The position numbers were made by a program, and so were the translations under genes. Below are positions 1 to 10,399 of a stretch of DNA of 64,000 bases, piece after piece. Positions within the stretch are counted from its first letter, which is position 1. Each line of letters opens with the position of its first letter. Source of the DNA: Azolla caroliniana (taxonomy: Eukaryota > Plantae > Polypodiophyta); NCBI GenBank assembly GCA_043228905.1, contig JBHGNT010000013.1, positions 14,756,001 to 14,820,000 on the forward strand. Direction: 5' to 3'. The notes under the pieces are model-generated. The model was not told the origin of the DNA. It ran no database searches and worked only from the letters and a program-made list of their open reading frames with translations.

Positions 1-1106
1 CGGATTGGAGGTGAGCTCTGGAGTCGGAGGCAAGTACCAGGACGTGGACTCGTCAAACACAACGTCATGGCTCACGCGCGCTTGTTTGGTGCGAGGGTTA
101 TAACACTTATAACCCTTCGGCTCGTCCGAGTAGTCGACCAAGATACACTTCTCGGCTTTCGCGTCCAACTTACTCCATTTCTCTTTCGGTACATGCACAT
201 ACGCAATGCTACCGAAAACTCTCAAGTGTCGTAGATTCGGCTTCCTTCCGAAATACTGCCCATGCGCCGACACTTTGTCTCTGATCCGATTCTGGATGTA
301 TACTGCAGTTCGTACCGCCTCGGCCCAATAGAACTTGGGCAAGCTCTTCTCCTCCAGCATTGCCTGTGCCGCTTCTACAATTGACCGGTTCTTCCTCTCT
401 CCGACACCGTTTTGCTCTGGTGTGTATCTACAATTGAATTCGCGCCGAATTCCCATCTGTTGTAGAGAGCCGTTGAATTGACCGGATAAGTATTCTTTTC
501 CGCCATCCGACCGCAGGCACTTGATCTTTGGTCCTGTTTCCGTTTCCACGAACCCTTTGAGGTCCTGGAAACAGTCAAAGACTTCACTCTTCTTCTCGAT
601 GAGATAGATCCACGTGTGCCGCGTATAGTCATCGATGAAGGAGACAAAATATCGACTCCCGCCAAGACTAACGTTCTGTGTCGGCCCCCATACATCGGAA
701 TGTATCAAGTCGAGCTTGTTCCGGCTCCGGTTATGCTCGTTGGGGAAAGGATGTCGGTGTTGCTTCCCGAGTTGGCAGGCTTCACAAATTCGTGCTTTTC
801 GGCCACTAAATTTGGGCAATCTGAACACCACCTGTTTCGATTGCAGGTCCTGAAGCCATTGATAGTTGACGTGGCCTATCCGCTTGTGCCATAAGTCGAT
901 ATTTGACTTGACTTTTTGTCCTTTTGCGAACATTGCGGTGCCACCGTCACTAGAGTCGAGGATAAACATCCTCCCGTCTCTGTGCCCTTGCGTAATAACT
1001 CGGCCTTCTTCTTCGATGAAGCACCCGAGATGCGTGAATCGGACTTGCATCCCCTGGTCGACGATCTGCCTGACCAACACCAGATTCTTTGTGATTGTGG
1101 GGACGT

Positions 1107-1611
1107 TGTCGCGTTGTTATGCGCGTACGTGTGGAAGGGGCAGGACCACGGGGGTCTTGGACTAGGGAGTAGAGGAGAAAGAATAAGACACAAAATGGGA
1201 GCTTAGCTCAAGAGGAGGTGAGAAAGAATAAGACAATAACATAGAATAGACGGGGCAAGATGCTCAAGAAGTTAGCTTAAGGAAACATAAACGCTTTACA
1301 ATGGTGGCCGCCATGGCCGCACCAAACAACTATGAGAAAACCCTAAAGGAAAACCCAAGAAGAAACCCTAAAACCGAATAGGAAACCCTCGACCTAAGTG
1401 GTATGCCTCTCTCCCTCAAAATAGGCAACCTCTTCATAAGTGACCCCTCCCTTCCTTTTATAGCCCAAGGAGGGAGGAACCTTATAATGTGGGATAAAAT
1501 TTCCCCTCTTATTTCTATACACCATTTCCTAGTATACATGTGCACATGGTGCACACCACCGATTTGCTTATTCCACCCCGTTTCCGCCTATGGACGAAAA
1601 TCTTCATGACA
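1107..1611 (-). mobile_element. Solo LTR (gypsy tRNA-Trp family relative) inserted in copia-1 pol
   Basis: TGTC...GACA termini with perfect 4-bp TSD ACGT (1103-1106 / 1612-1615). Removing it restores NVLHVPTITK. Shares the TATAAAAGGA box and the CTCCCTAGTCCAAGACCCC U5 motif with the gypsy LTRs. Confidence 0.9.
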
Positions 1612-2893
1612 ACGTGTAACACGTTCATAAGTTTCCCTTTCTACCCGACATGGCTCAAGGGAACTTCACCGACATTCGCGATCGGATGCGGAGTGTTGTC
1701 TCCGGTTGCGACTACTCCCGGTTGCATTGGTTTTTCTAGGTACGAGAACCACTCCTTGTGGCATGTCATGTGGTTTGACGCACCGGAGACAATGTACCAC
1801 ACCTCGTCCGATTTTGGGGTGGACATCTTCATAGAGTTCGCTTTGGGTCTCGTCACGAAGGTTGACCCTTTTCCGGCTTTTTCGGACCCTTGGCGTAGTG
1901 CGATCGCTGCCAATTTCCTTTGTTGGTTTGTCCGGAGCCTGATCCGGATCCGGTCCTCTCTGAATCGACATCGGCGTGCTTCTTCCAGCACTCTCTCTCC
2001 TCGTGGCCTTTCTTGCCACAGTACCAACATTCTGCAACGGATTTCCCTTGCCAGTTCTCGTCACATCGACTCCCCCTGTTTCCGAAGGGTCTGGAATTGT
2101 TGTCAACATCACTTCGGTGGCTTCGTCCTTGATCTCGTCGGCCGCCTCCATTGCGCACCGACTCGCCTTGTCCGCCACGACCACGGGGCCTATCTCCCTC
2201 CGTGTACAACATGTTGTTGTCGGCCTGCGTGCTCGTCGACGCACCCGCGTGGTTCTCCTCTATAAGGAGCATCGACTGTAGGTCGAAAAACGATGATGTA
2301 TTCTCCCGTGTACACACAACAGTTCGGAATTGTCCGAACTTCGACACCAGTCCCCCGAGACAGATCTGCACCATCTTGCCTTCCTCCACGTTCACATCGA
2401 TGGAGGCTAAGGAGTCACATATATCTTTGATCTTCGAGTTGTAATCAGCCATCGACAAATCGCGTTGTCGTAGGTTGCTCAGCTCCTGTGAGAGTTGAAG
2501 CTTCGTAGCTATAGTGCTTGTGGCGGAAATCTTCTTCAGATTTCCCCAATCATCTTTCGGCGTTTTTGCATCCTGAATGTAGCTTAGGAGTTGTTCACCC
2601 ACACAAGACACAAGACGCGAAGCAATATAGTACTCTGCTCGCCGATTGTTCCCACACCGGGAAATCTCTGTGTATCGATTCGGGTGCTGTGTCATTTGCT
2701 CCGTGGACATAGCTCCAGTAATCGTGCCCGAGCAGGTACTGGTGCATCTTGTAGGACCAAGACGCGTAGTTGTTTCTGTCGAACTTCTCCGTCGGAAGCG
2801 AGCTAATCATGCCTCTATCCATCGGTTTTACCTGTTCTTCTTGGTTAGTTTCCCTTTCAAGCTATGTCGGTTGCAAAGATTCTCAACCCTCGT

Positions 2894-2905
2894 GCTCTGA
2901 TACCA
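2894..2905 (-). promoter_or_regulatory. Primer binding site, tRNA-iMet
   Basis: TGGTATCAGAGC on the minus strand immediately after the LTR. Confidence 0.92.
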
Positions 2906-3352
2906 TGTAAAGTATAGCGTGCAGAAGCAATAGGAAATCGAATGCAGAAAATACGCAGGTTTAATGGAGAGCTTCTATATGCACAGTACATGGGAGAGAC
3001 AAAGAGAGCACACAAAAAACAAAACTCTATTCAAAATAATACTCAATCTGTACATAGGATGTGCTCAGTGAGCACTTTTATACAAGTCCATACGGACTGA
3101 CAGAAGTACTGACACGTACTTCAATGCTCATAACTGAGCTCTACGCTAACTCCCAAAATATATTCCTACGCGGAATATCTTTCCAACGGCCTCACGGTTT
3201 ACACACCGCTACGACTTCTCGTTACGCACCGGTTTGTGTACTGGTTTATGCACCCGTTTTACGCACCGGTCTAGCCTAACCGATCGGCCCCAACCGATCT
3301 GGTTCTCGGCTTGCACCGCCAATCTGGCGAATGTGGAGCTTGTATCTCAACA
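2906..3352 (-). repeat. 5' LTR of copia-1
   Basis: Minus strand starts TGTTGAGA and ends TTTACA, directly followed by the PBS. Similar to the LTR at 15686-16139. Confidence 0.9.
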
Positions 3353-3468
3353 AGTGGGTTGTTGTTTGGCGAGCGCGCAACTCTGTTACCTGGCCAAGCC
3401 GGTTGTACTCTGTCTATTTTGATCTATTCATTCGATTGTTACCCGTGTGTCTCCTTGATTCGTGTCTC

Positions 3469-3503
<35 letters not shown>

Positions 3504-3760
3504 ATTCATTCAATCTCTATCCATGTATCTCTTGGGTTCGGGTCTCTCTCGATGTCCTGATACCATCACACTGGCTCTGAGATCCTCCGAGAGGGATAGA
3601 GCATGGTCGCATCCGGATTGTCGTACTCATTATTAGATACCCGGAGACTGACCTGCAAACCATGACAGTCTCTCTTGTCACTTCATGCACTCCTTGGTCT
3701 AGGGTCCATGCGATCCCGCCTAAGTTCCTACACGTACCCGCGGAATACCGCAACATAATT

Positions 3761-3778
3761 TGGTGAAGCCGACGTGAA
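3761..3778 (+). promoter_or_regulatory. Primer binding site, tRNA-Trp
   Basis: TGGTGAAGCCGACGTGAA, 17/18 complementary to the recalled plant tRNA-Trp 3' end (TTCACGTCGGGTTCACCA), 5 nt after the LTR end CAACA. Confidence 0.85.
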
Positions 3779-5912
3779 GGCGGGAGAGGAATCTGAAGAT
3801 TAGGGGAAGCGAGTTGGCAGAGGCGATGGCGGCAACCGTCCACCGCATAGTGAGTGCACGGGAGGGTATGAGTACCCTTGATAGGGCTATTGAAGCAATA
3901 GTCGAAACGATAGGCCGGTTCACTGGAAAAGACGTGACGAAATATCTCGAGGCCTGCAGGGCGGAGATGATAATGAGGGATATTCCAGAAGAGCAGCGGC
4001 TCTACGGATTCCCCCGAGTGGTGATGCCGAGCATCCACACGGAGGTGCTCGAGGTACAAATGGTGTGTAGAAGTTGGGCGGAGTTCGAAGAATGACTTCT
4101 GGAATGATTTGGGTTTGATGGCTCCCTCCGACTGTCGAGGCGTGAATTCATGGAGTGGGTTGAAAGCTCAGGAAAGGGGAGAAACGACGACCCTCCTCCA
4201 AGATTTTGAAACGAGGTTCGCTCGTCTCTTGGCATTGGATCGGACAGTGCTCAATACGAGCAAGGTTCTACTGTTTATCAAGTCGGTCGACGAGGAGGAA
4301 CGGGAGAAGGTAGGCCTTCTTCTCGAGACCGATGAGGGACGTACGACTGATGGGCCGTGGTAAATAGGGTTTGCGGCCGCTTCAACAAGCGGCAAGACTG
4401 GACGAATGAAGGGGCGACTGTGGTTGTGCCGACGGTACACAAGAAACAGGGAGAGGTTGCTTTGGCGCGACCGGACGAAACAAGGCAATGGCTGGAATCG
4501 GGAACGGTTCCGGCTGCCATGGTTGGTGGGCCGGCCAGGGGCGTAGCGCTAGACAAGTTCACCAAGATGGTGCGGGATCTCCAAATCGTACAAGCATGAA
4601 GGGACAACGGAGGCCCGTCATGCGACCGAAGGCCGCCCTTAGAGCAAAGGTGCATGTGGTGCGACGTCGTCGGCCATGACAGGAAGAACTGTGCGGATTT
4701 TAACAAAGCACTCAGAAATAACGTGGTGTACCTCTGGGATGGCCGGGTGTACGCCATCAAGACACAGGAAACTGTCGGGTTGAACTTCGGTCGGGGCGGA
4801 ATGAAGCGGTTAATGGAAGAAGCCGCGGCGCAACACGCCGAGGCCGTCCATTATTCTATGTCGGCTCGCATCCGGCTCGGAGGTGAGGGTGGCTAGAAGG
4901 CAAAGTATTCTGGGTTATTGCCGCTGGTCCTGGAAGGCCTTTCTGGGGTAAGGCTGAGGGAGGAGGAAGCGATCTGCACCGAAAGGAGAGTCCGGGAGGT
5001 CACCGGATGGGATGACCCGTTCGAGGAAAAGACTGGTTTTGTGGAGGCCGTGTGCCAAAACTATGAAGTTTTGGTGGAGGATAAATGAGCGGGGAAGGGC
5101 GGAGGAGCCGGACCCACCAACCGGTACGAGACGTAGAGCGCGCCGAAGAAGAAAGACACCGGGGGATCCGGCTCGCATGAAAGGTTGAGGCCGACAAGTT
5201 TCTGGCTGAGTTCGGAAATAGAGAGGGCGATGAACCTACGGAAAGTCCTAGAAGAGCGAATCCTCGACAACAGGGTGGAGCTGTCTTTGAGAGAGGTGTT
5301 GGGGATTGCCAAGAAAGAGTTCCACGATTCCATCGTGGACTTGGTGAAGCGGAAGCGGCTCTCGACAGAGTCAGAGCCGGAGAAGCCTGTGGAGGTGAGG
5401 GCAACGCACCTTGATGGCGTGGCCATGCAAGACGAGTTGGTGGAAAATCACTATATGAGACAGCATAGGGCGAGATCAACTACGGAGACCCATGTTCGGA
5501 TCGGGGACGTCCAAGAACCGGTGGTGGCCCTAATCGACCATGGGTCCGAAATAAACTTGATGTCCTTGGACTTCTACAAGAAAGGAAAATGGTCGATCAA
5601 CACCAAGCATGGGTGGAAGATACGCGTGGCGAGACGTGCGATGGAGGAGCTTCATGGGGCGTGTCCGAACGTTCAGGTTAAGGTCGGGGACTTCAAGGTC
5701 GACCAACACTTTTTCGTGAAAGAGTCTTCCTCGCACCCTGTGATTCTCGGCAAACCCTACATCACAACAGCCCGCATGGAAACGAAGGTACTAGACAACG
5801 ACTCAGCATACTCACAGGTAAAGAGCCAGGACGGAAGGCACTCCGTTCAATTTTTGACGGTGCGACCGAACCACGAGAGGAATCGTGAGTCTCTCGGCAA
5901 CGACGACCGAGA

Positions 5913-5956
5913 GGATTTTTAGAGAGGGCTATCAAGGCGTGGGGCTATGATATTCC
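5913..5956 (+). promoter_or_regulatory. Putative -1 ribosomal frameshift signal (GGATTTT + 7-nt spacer + hairpin), gypsy-1
   Basis: The gag-PR frame ends G GAT TTT TAG. The -1 frame is open from the heptamer into the RT frame. Downstream TATCA/TGATA stem. Confidence 0.7.
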
Positions 5957-8900
5957 GGACACTCCGGAGAAACCCCACACCTGTATGATAGGTAGGAATT
6001 TTTGGTCCTCCACTAATGGAGGTTGTACCATAACCGACATTCGTGGTCGGGAGAAGAAGCGGGCCGAGGGTCGCTTGAGGGCACGTGGGGCCCTAGGCCC
6101 CGACGACGAGATCAGTGGTGCCATGGAGGCGGTCTCATTCGACGACACCATTAGAGAGATCGTTAGGGCAGCCGAGGAGGATGTAACTGAGGACCGGGTA
6201 ATTTCAGTCAATTATGTGGAAATGTATAAAGTCATTGCGGACTTCGGGAGGATGGTCGGGATGGATAGGACGGCCTGAGTTGACACCAAGTACAAGACTG
6301 TGAACCAGAAGGTGAGGCCAGTTGCGGCTGCCTTACCGGAGGACAGCTGGGAATGGATGAAAGGGGTTGCGACGGACCCGAGTTTACGGAATCCGGCCGG
6401 CATAGGGCACCGGTTCACCGACAAGACGCTACGTGAGCTAAAGATCAGTGGGGGTGGTTTCCTACTGCCGGCGGAGGAGGACCGGTTTAAGAGAATGCTT
6501 GGAATGCACGGGAAAGCTTTCGTATTCTCGACGGGGGAGATCGGGTGCGTCAACCTGACGATCATGGAGCCAATGGTGATCTTCACGGTACCGCATGTAC
6601 CGTGGAATCTCAAATCGATTTTGGTACCGAGAGCTCACATCCCGAAGTTGATGGAGCTGCTGAAGCAGAAGGTGGAGATGGGCATACTCAAGCCATCGAG
6701 TGGAACCTATTTGAATCGGTGGTTTACGGTGCCGAAGAAGAATGACCCTTTGCGCTTCATTCAGGACCTACAACCAGTCAATAAGGCGACCCTTCGGAAT
6801 GCGGGAATCAGGCTAACCATCGATGAGTTCGTAGAGGCCATCGCCGGAAGGTCGATCTACTCGGTTGACAACTTATACTCGGTATACGACCAATTCCAGC
6901 TAGCCGTGGGGAGTAGGGATATCACGACGATGCGGACCCCTCTCGGCTTAATACGGATGAGTACCCTGCCGCAAGGAGGGACCAACTCGGTGGTGCATAT
7001 GGTGAACGCAATGAACAATGTGTTGAGGTACTGCATCCCTGACATCACCATGTCGTTTTTGGAGGACATCCTGATCAAGGGATGTCCGGTGGAAGTAAAG
7101 CATGAATCGGTCGGACCGGACGGATGTCGGAGGTTTGTCGCGGATCACATCTCCGACTGTGAGAAGATACTGCAGAGGCTCAAGGGCGCTCGGATTACCT
7201 TCTCCGGCGAGAAGTCAGCTTTCAGACAATTCGAAATTTTGGTAGTGGGGCATTTGTGCGAACTGTATGGCCGGAAACCGTCCCCAGTGAAGGTAGAGGA
7301 CATCTCCGCGATGAAGGAAGAATGCAGTTCAGCCACGGAAGTCCAAAGATTCCTGGGAGCGTACGCCTTCTACCACATCTGGATTCTGCATTATGTGCAC
7401 GTCGCGGAGCCGCACTAGGGGTTGCTAAAGAAGGGCCGTAGGTTCGAATGGAAAGGAGAGCACACATAATCGGTTCGGAAGATGAAGGAAGCGCTCGTTG
7501 TGGCACCGGCTCTCCCGAAGGCGGTCTACGAGAAGGGCACCCTGATTTACGTGACGGTGGACACGAGTCCGACTGGAATCGGGTGGGTGGTCAATCAAGA
7601 AGATGATGAAGGCATGAGATTCCCCATCCGGTTTGGTGTGAAGGTACTAAGTGAGCGGCAGCGAGGATACACCCAGGTTAAACGTGAACTCTAGGGTATC
7701 GTTTCAATGATCAAGGCCGATAAAGATTATTTGATCGGGGCAATGGTAATAATCGAGACGGACTGCCTACCGATTCTCGGTATGGTTTCCGGATCCGCGA
7801 CTCCGGACCTGGCTATGCTTAGGTGGATCACATAGATTAAGTCCCTAGATCCGGAGATTCGGCACATCTCCGGGAAAAACAACGACATGGCCGATATGCT
7901 TTCGAGAGCACGGTTCGACGACGAGGACGACATGGTATCGGAAAACAAAGAAGTTGGCATGGACTTCTTCGAGATGGCTTAGATGACGGCGAAGAGAGGG
8001 AGCACTCTGGCACTGAATGAGTTTAACGAGAACAAGTACAATGGGGAATGGCTCCAGATTGGTAGATTCCTTAGAACTTGACACCAGACACGGCATGGAT
8101 GAGGGATGAAGCGAAATGGATCCGGAAGAAGGTGTACTGGTTCTTATTACAGAGCGGAAGAATATGGAGACACCCGAAGAAACGTATCGGTACGTCGCTC
8201 CAGGTGTGATAAAGGAGGATGAACTGATGGCGTTACTATCAAAATATCACGAGAGCCCTTGGTCCGAACACCGCGAAACGTGGGCCACCTTTGAGAAGCT
8301 AAAGGAGAAGTATTGGTGGCCAGGAATGTATCGTGATGTGCACCACTTTGTGACGTCCTACGAGAGCAGCCAAATGCATTCCGTAATCTGGCATAGGGAC
8401 GAGTTACACCCGACCTACCTGTCAACCGTTCATTTCAAGTGGATGGTGGACTTCGTGACGATGTTGATGGGGGTAGGGCAAATGGGATACTTGGTGCTTG
8501 CACGGGAGGATCTGACAAACCAAGTAGAGGGCAGAGCGCTTCAGAACAAAACAACTGTGGTCGTGTGTCGGCTTCTGATTGAAGAGGTGATTTGCCGGTA
8601 TGGGTGCTAGGAAAGATTGTGGCCGACCAAGGGGAGCTGGATGCGCGAGAAGCCGGGGAGTTGTTCGATCGGTTAGGGGTTAATCTCTCTCTCACTACGA
8701 CGTACAATCCGGAAGTGAACGGGAAGGTGGAGCGTGGACACGGGTCAATTGTGAAGGCACTGGTATGGGCGTGCGAGGCATAGGTCGGGAATAGGCCGCG
8801 GCTCCTGCCCTACGCTCTATGGGTAGACCGGACTACGCATAGTTCGGTAACTGGATACATGCTAGCGGAACTCATGTAGGGGCAAAAGCCGATAATGCCA

Positions 8901-9516
8901 ATGGAGCGGACAATCTCTTCATGGGCAGCGATAGACTAGATGGGCGAGATGAGCCGAGAGGAGCTACTGGCAGCAAGGATTCGTCAACTCGAGTAGAGGT
9001 CAGAGGACATGGAATGGGCGAAAGTGAAATTGTACACGGCACAGGAGAGGAACAAGGACCGGTTCGACCGGATGCACCGGCTACGACCGAGGAAGATCGA
9101 GGAAGGCGACTGGGTGCTGGTCTACGACAACAACCTTGACAACCAGCACAAGGCTACACGGAAATTTGCGTGGAGATGGTTCACGCCTTACGTGGTGTCG
9201 AGCCCAAATGACAATGCCACGTACCACCTTGCAGAGTTCCACAAAACAAGGATAGCGGTGCCGGTTGCGGGGAAGCGGATTAATTCCTTCAAGAGGCGGC
9301 ACGAGGAGGAGCCGGATCCAGAGTACGAGAGTGAGGATGGCAAAGGCCAGGAGGTTGACGGATTGGGGGGTGGCGAGTAATGGAAAACCAGAATTTCCTC
9401 CTTCCTTCTCTCGGCACATATCGGTGGATGTGCGGTTTTGTGGGGGTGGATGTCATGGAGATTTCCAGCTGCTAGAGGAATGGGGAGCCGAATGCGTTGA
9501 ACGAGGGTGTGCGTTG

Positions 9517-10059
9517 TGTTAGGAAACGGGTCCCTCCGGATGGGAAGAGAAGAGCCAAGTTGATGAGAAACTCGGCTGAGGCCAACTCGAAAGACTATAC
9601 TTGTAAATAGTTTAAATATGCCGTTATGGGCTACACTTGTAAATAACCCAAAAGGTGTACTAGTATAAGTACTTAGGGCAATCATAATGTTACTATGATT
9701 ATGAGTTGTTGTTAAAAAGGTGACTTAGAAGGTCGTTGCCTTTGTAACTGTGTAACAGTAAGTGAGTGAGAGTGAGAGCATGTGTAACTTTATTGCCGTC
9801 TATTAACGAAGTCGAATCTCGAGGTCATTGCCTCAGAGCTTCTAGTTGTACTCCTCTTTTTTAGCATAGTGATTCTGTTTCTCGGGGTTCGTGAACCCCC
9901 GTGGTTTTTCCCATTTCGGGTTTCCACGTTAAAATTGTGTGTTTCTGTCTCTTGTGCTATTTCGGTTTTCGTACTCTGTCTGAGTGCATTCTATTTTACG
10001 TTCCCTACACCCGGCTATCTGAACGAGAAGCCGGTTGTGGCCAGTCACGATTCTGGACA
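9517..10059 (+). mobile_element. Solo LTR (copia-like) inserted in the gypsy-1 3' LTR
   Basis: TGTTAG...GGACA termini, 5-bp TSD CGTTG/CATTG (one transition), GGTTTTTCCCATTTCGGGTTTCCACGT motif typical of copia U5. Gypsy LTR homology resumes at 10065. Confidence 0.8.
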
Positions 10060-10399
10060 CATTGATGCACTCAAATATGCCTTTATGTATAAACAGATGT
10101 AAATAACGTAAGACTGGTAAGCGCTAAGGACTAGGATTTAATAGGTACTTTAAAGTTCCGTGTAGTGAATAGAGATTGAGTATTTTTTGAATATACCTCT
10201 TGTGTTTCCCTCTCTCACTCTCTCTGTCTCTCCTGCATATACTGCGTGAGCTCAAGCTCTCCATTAAACCTGAGTTTTCTTCCTTCTGTTCGGTCTTCAT
10301 ACTTGCTTCCGCACGTTACTTTTTACATGGTATCAGAGCGCGAGGGTTGAGAACCTCTCTGCAGCCAACACAGCTTGACGAAGAAGAACAAGAAGAACG

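Larger units (their letters stand above)
1..3352 (-). mobile_element. Ty1/copia LTR retrotransposon copia-1 (5' LTR, gag, protease, integrase; runs off the left window edge), degenerate
   Basis: Minus-strand gag (KFDRNNYASWSYKMHQYLLG; CWYCGKKGHEEREC zinc knuckle), protease W-I-x-SGASNHMT, GAG-pre-integrase and rve remnants with frameshifts. Same family as the element at 10160-16139. Confidence 0.95.
3353..10160 (+). mobile_element. Ty3/gypsy LTR retrotransposon gypsy-1 (non-chromovirus, Phygy/Selgy-like), degenerate
   Basis: Partial 5' LTR 3353-3755, then gag (CMWCDVVGHDRKNC), protease (LIDHGSEIN), RT (6300-7418; LPQG, FLED), RNase H and integrase (zinc-finger and rve remnants, no chromodomain). 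PPT 9440-9450; 3' LTR from 9451, interrupted and truncated at ~10160. Confidence 0.93.

Noticed and set aside
1540-2265. Long antisense or alternative-frame ORFs over retroelements (also 10977-11504, 20392-21180, 50970-51809)
   Set aside because: These are shadow ORFs of GC-rich or coding sequence with no recognisable domains.
3353-3357. AGTGG also found at 19309-19313, a possible TSD pair
   Set aside because: The two sites flank different elements of different superfamilies, and a 5-mer match is expected by chance.
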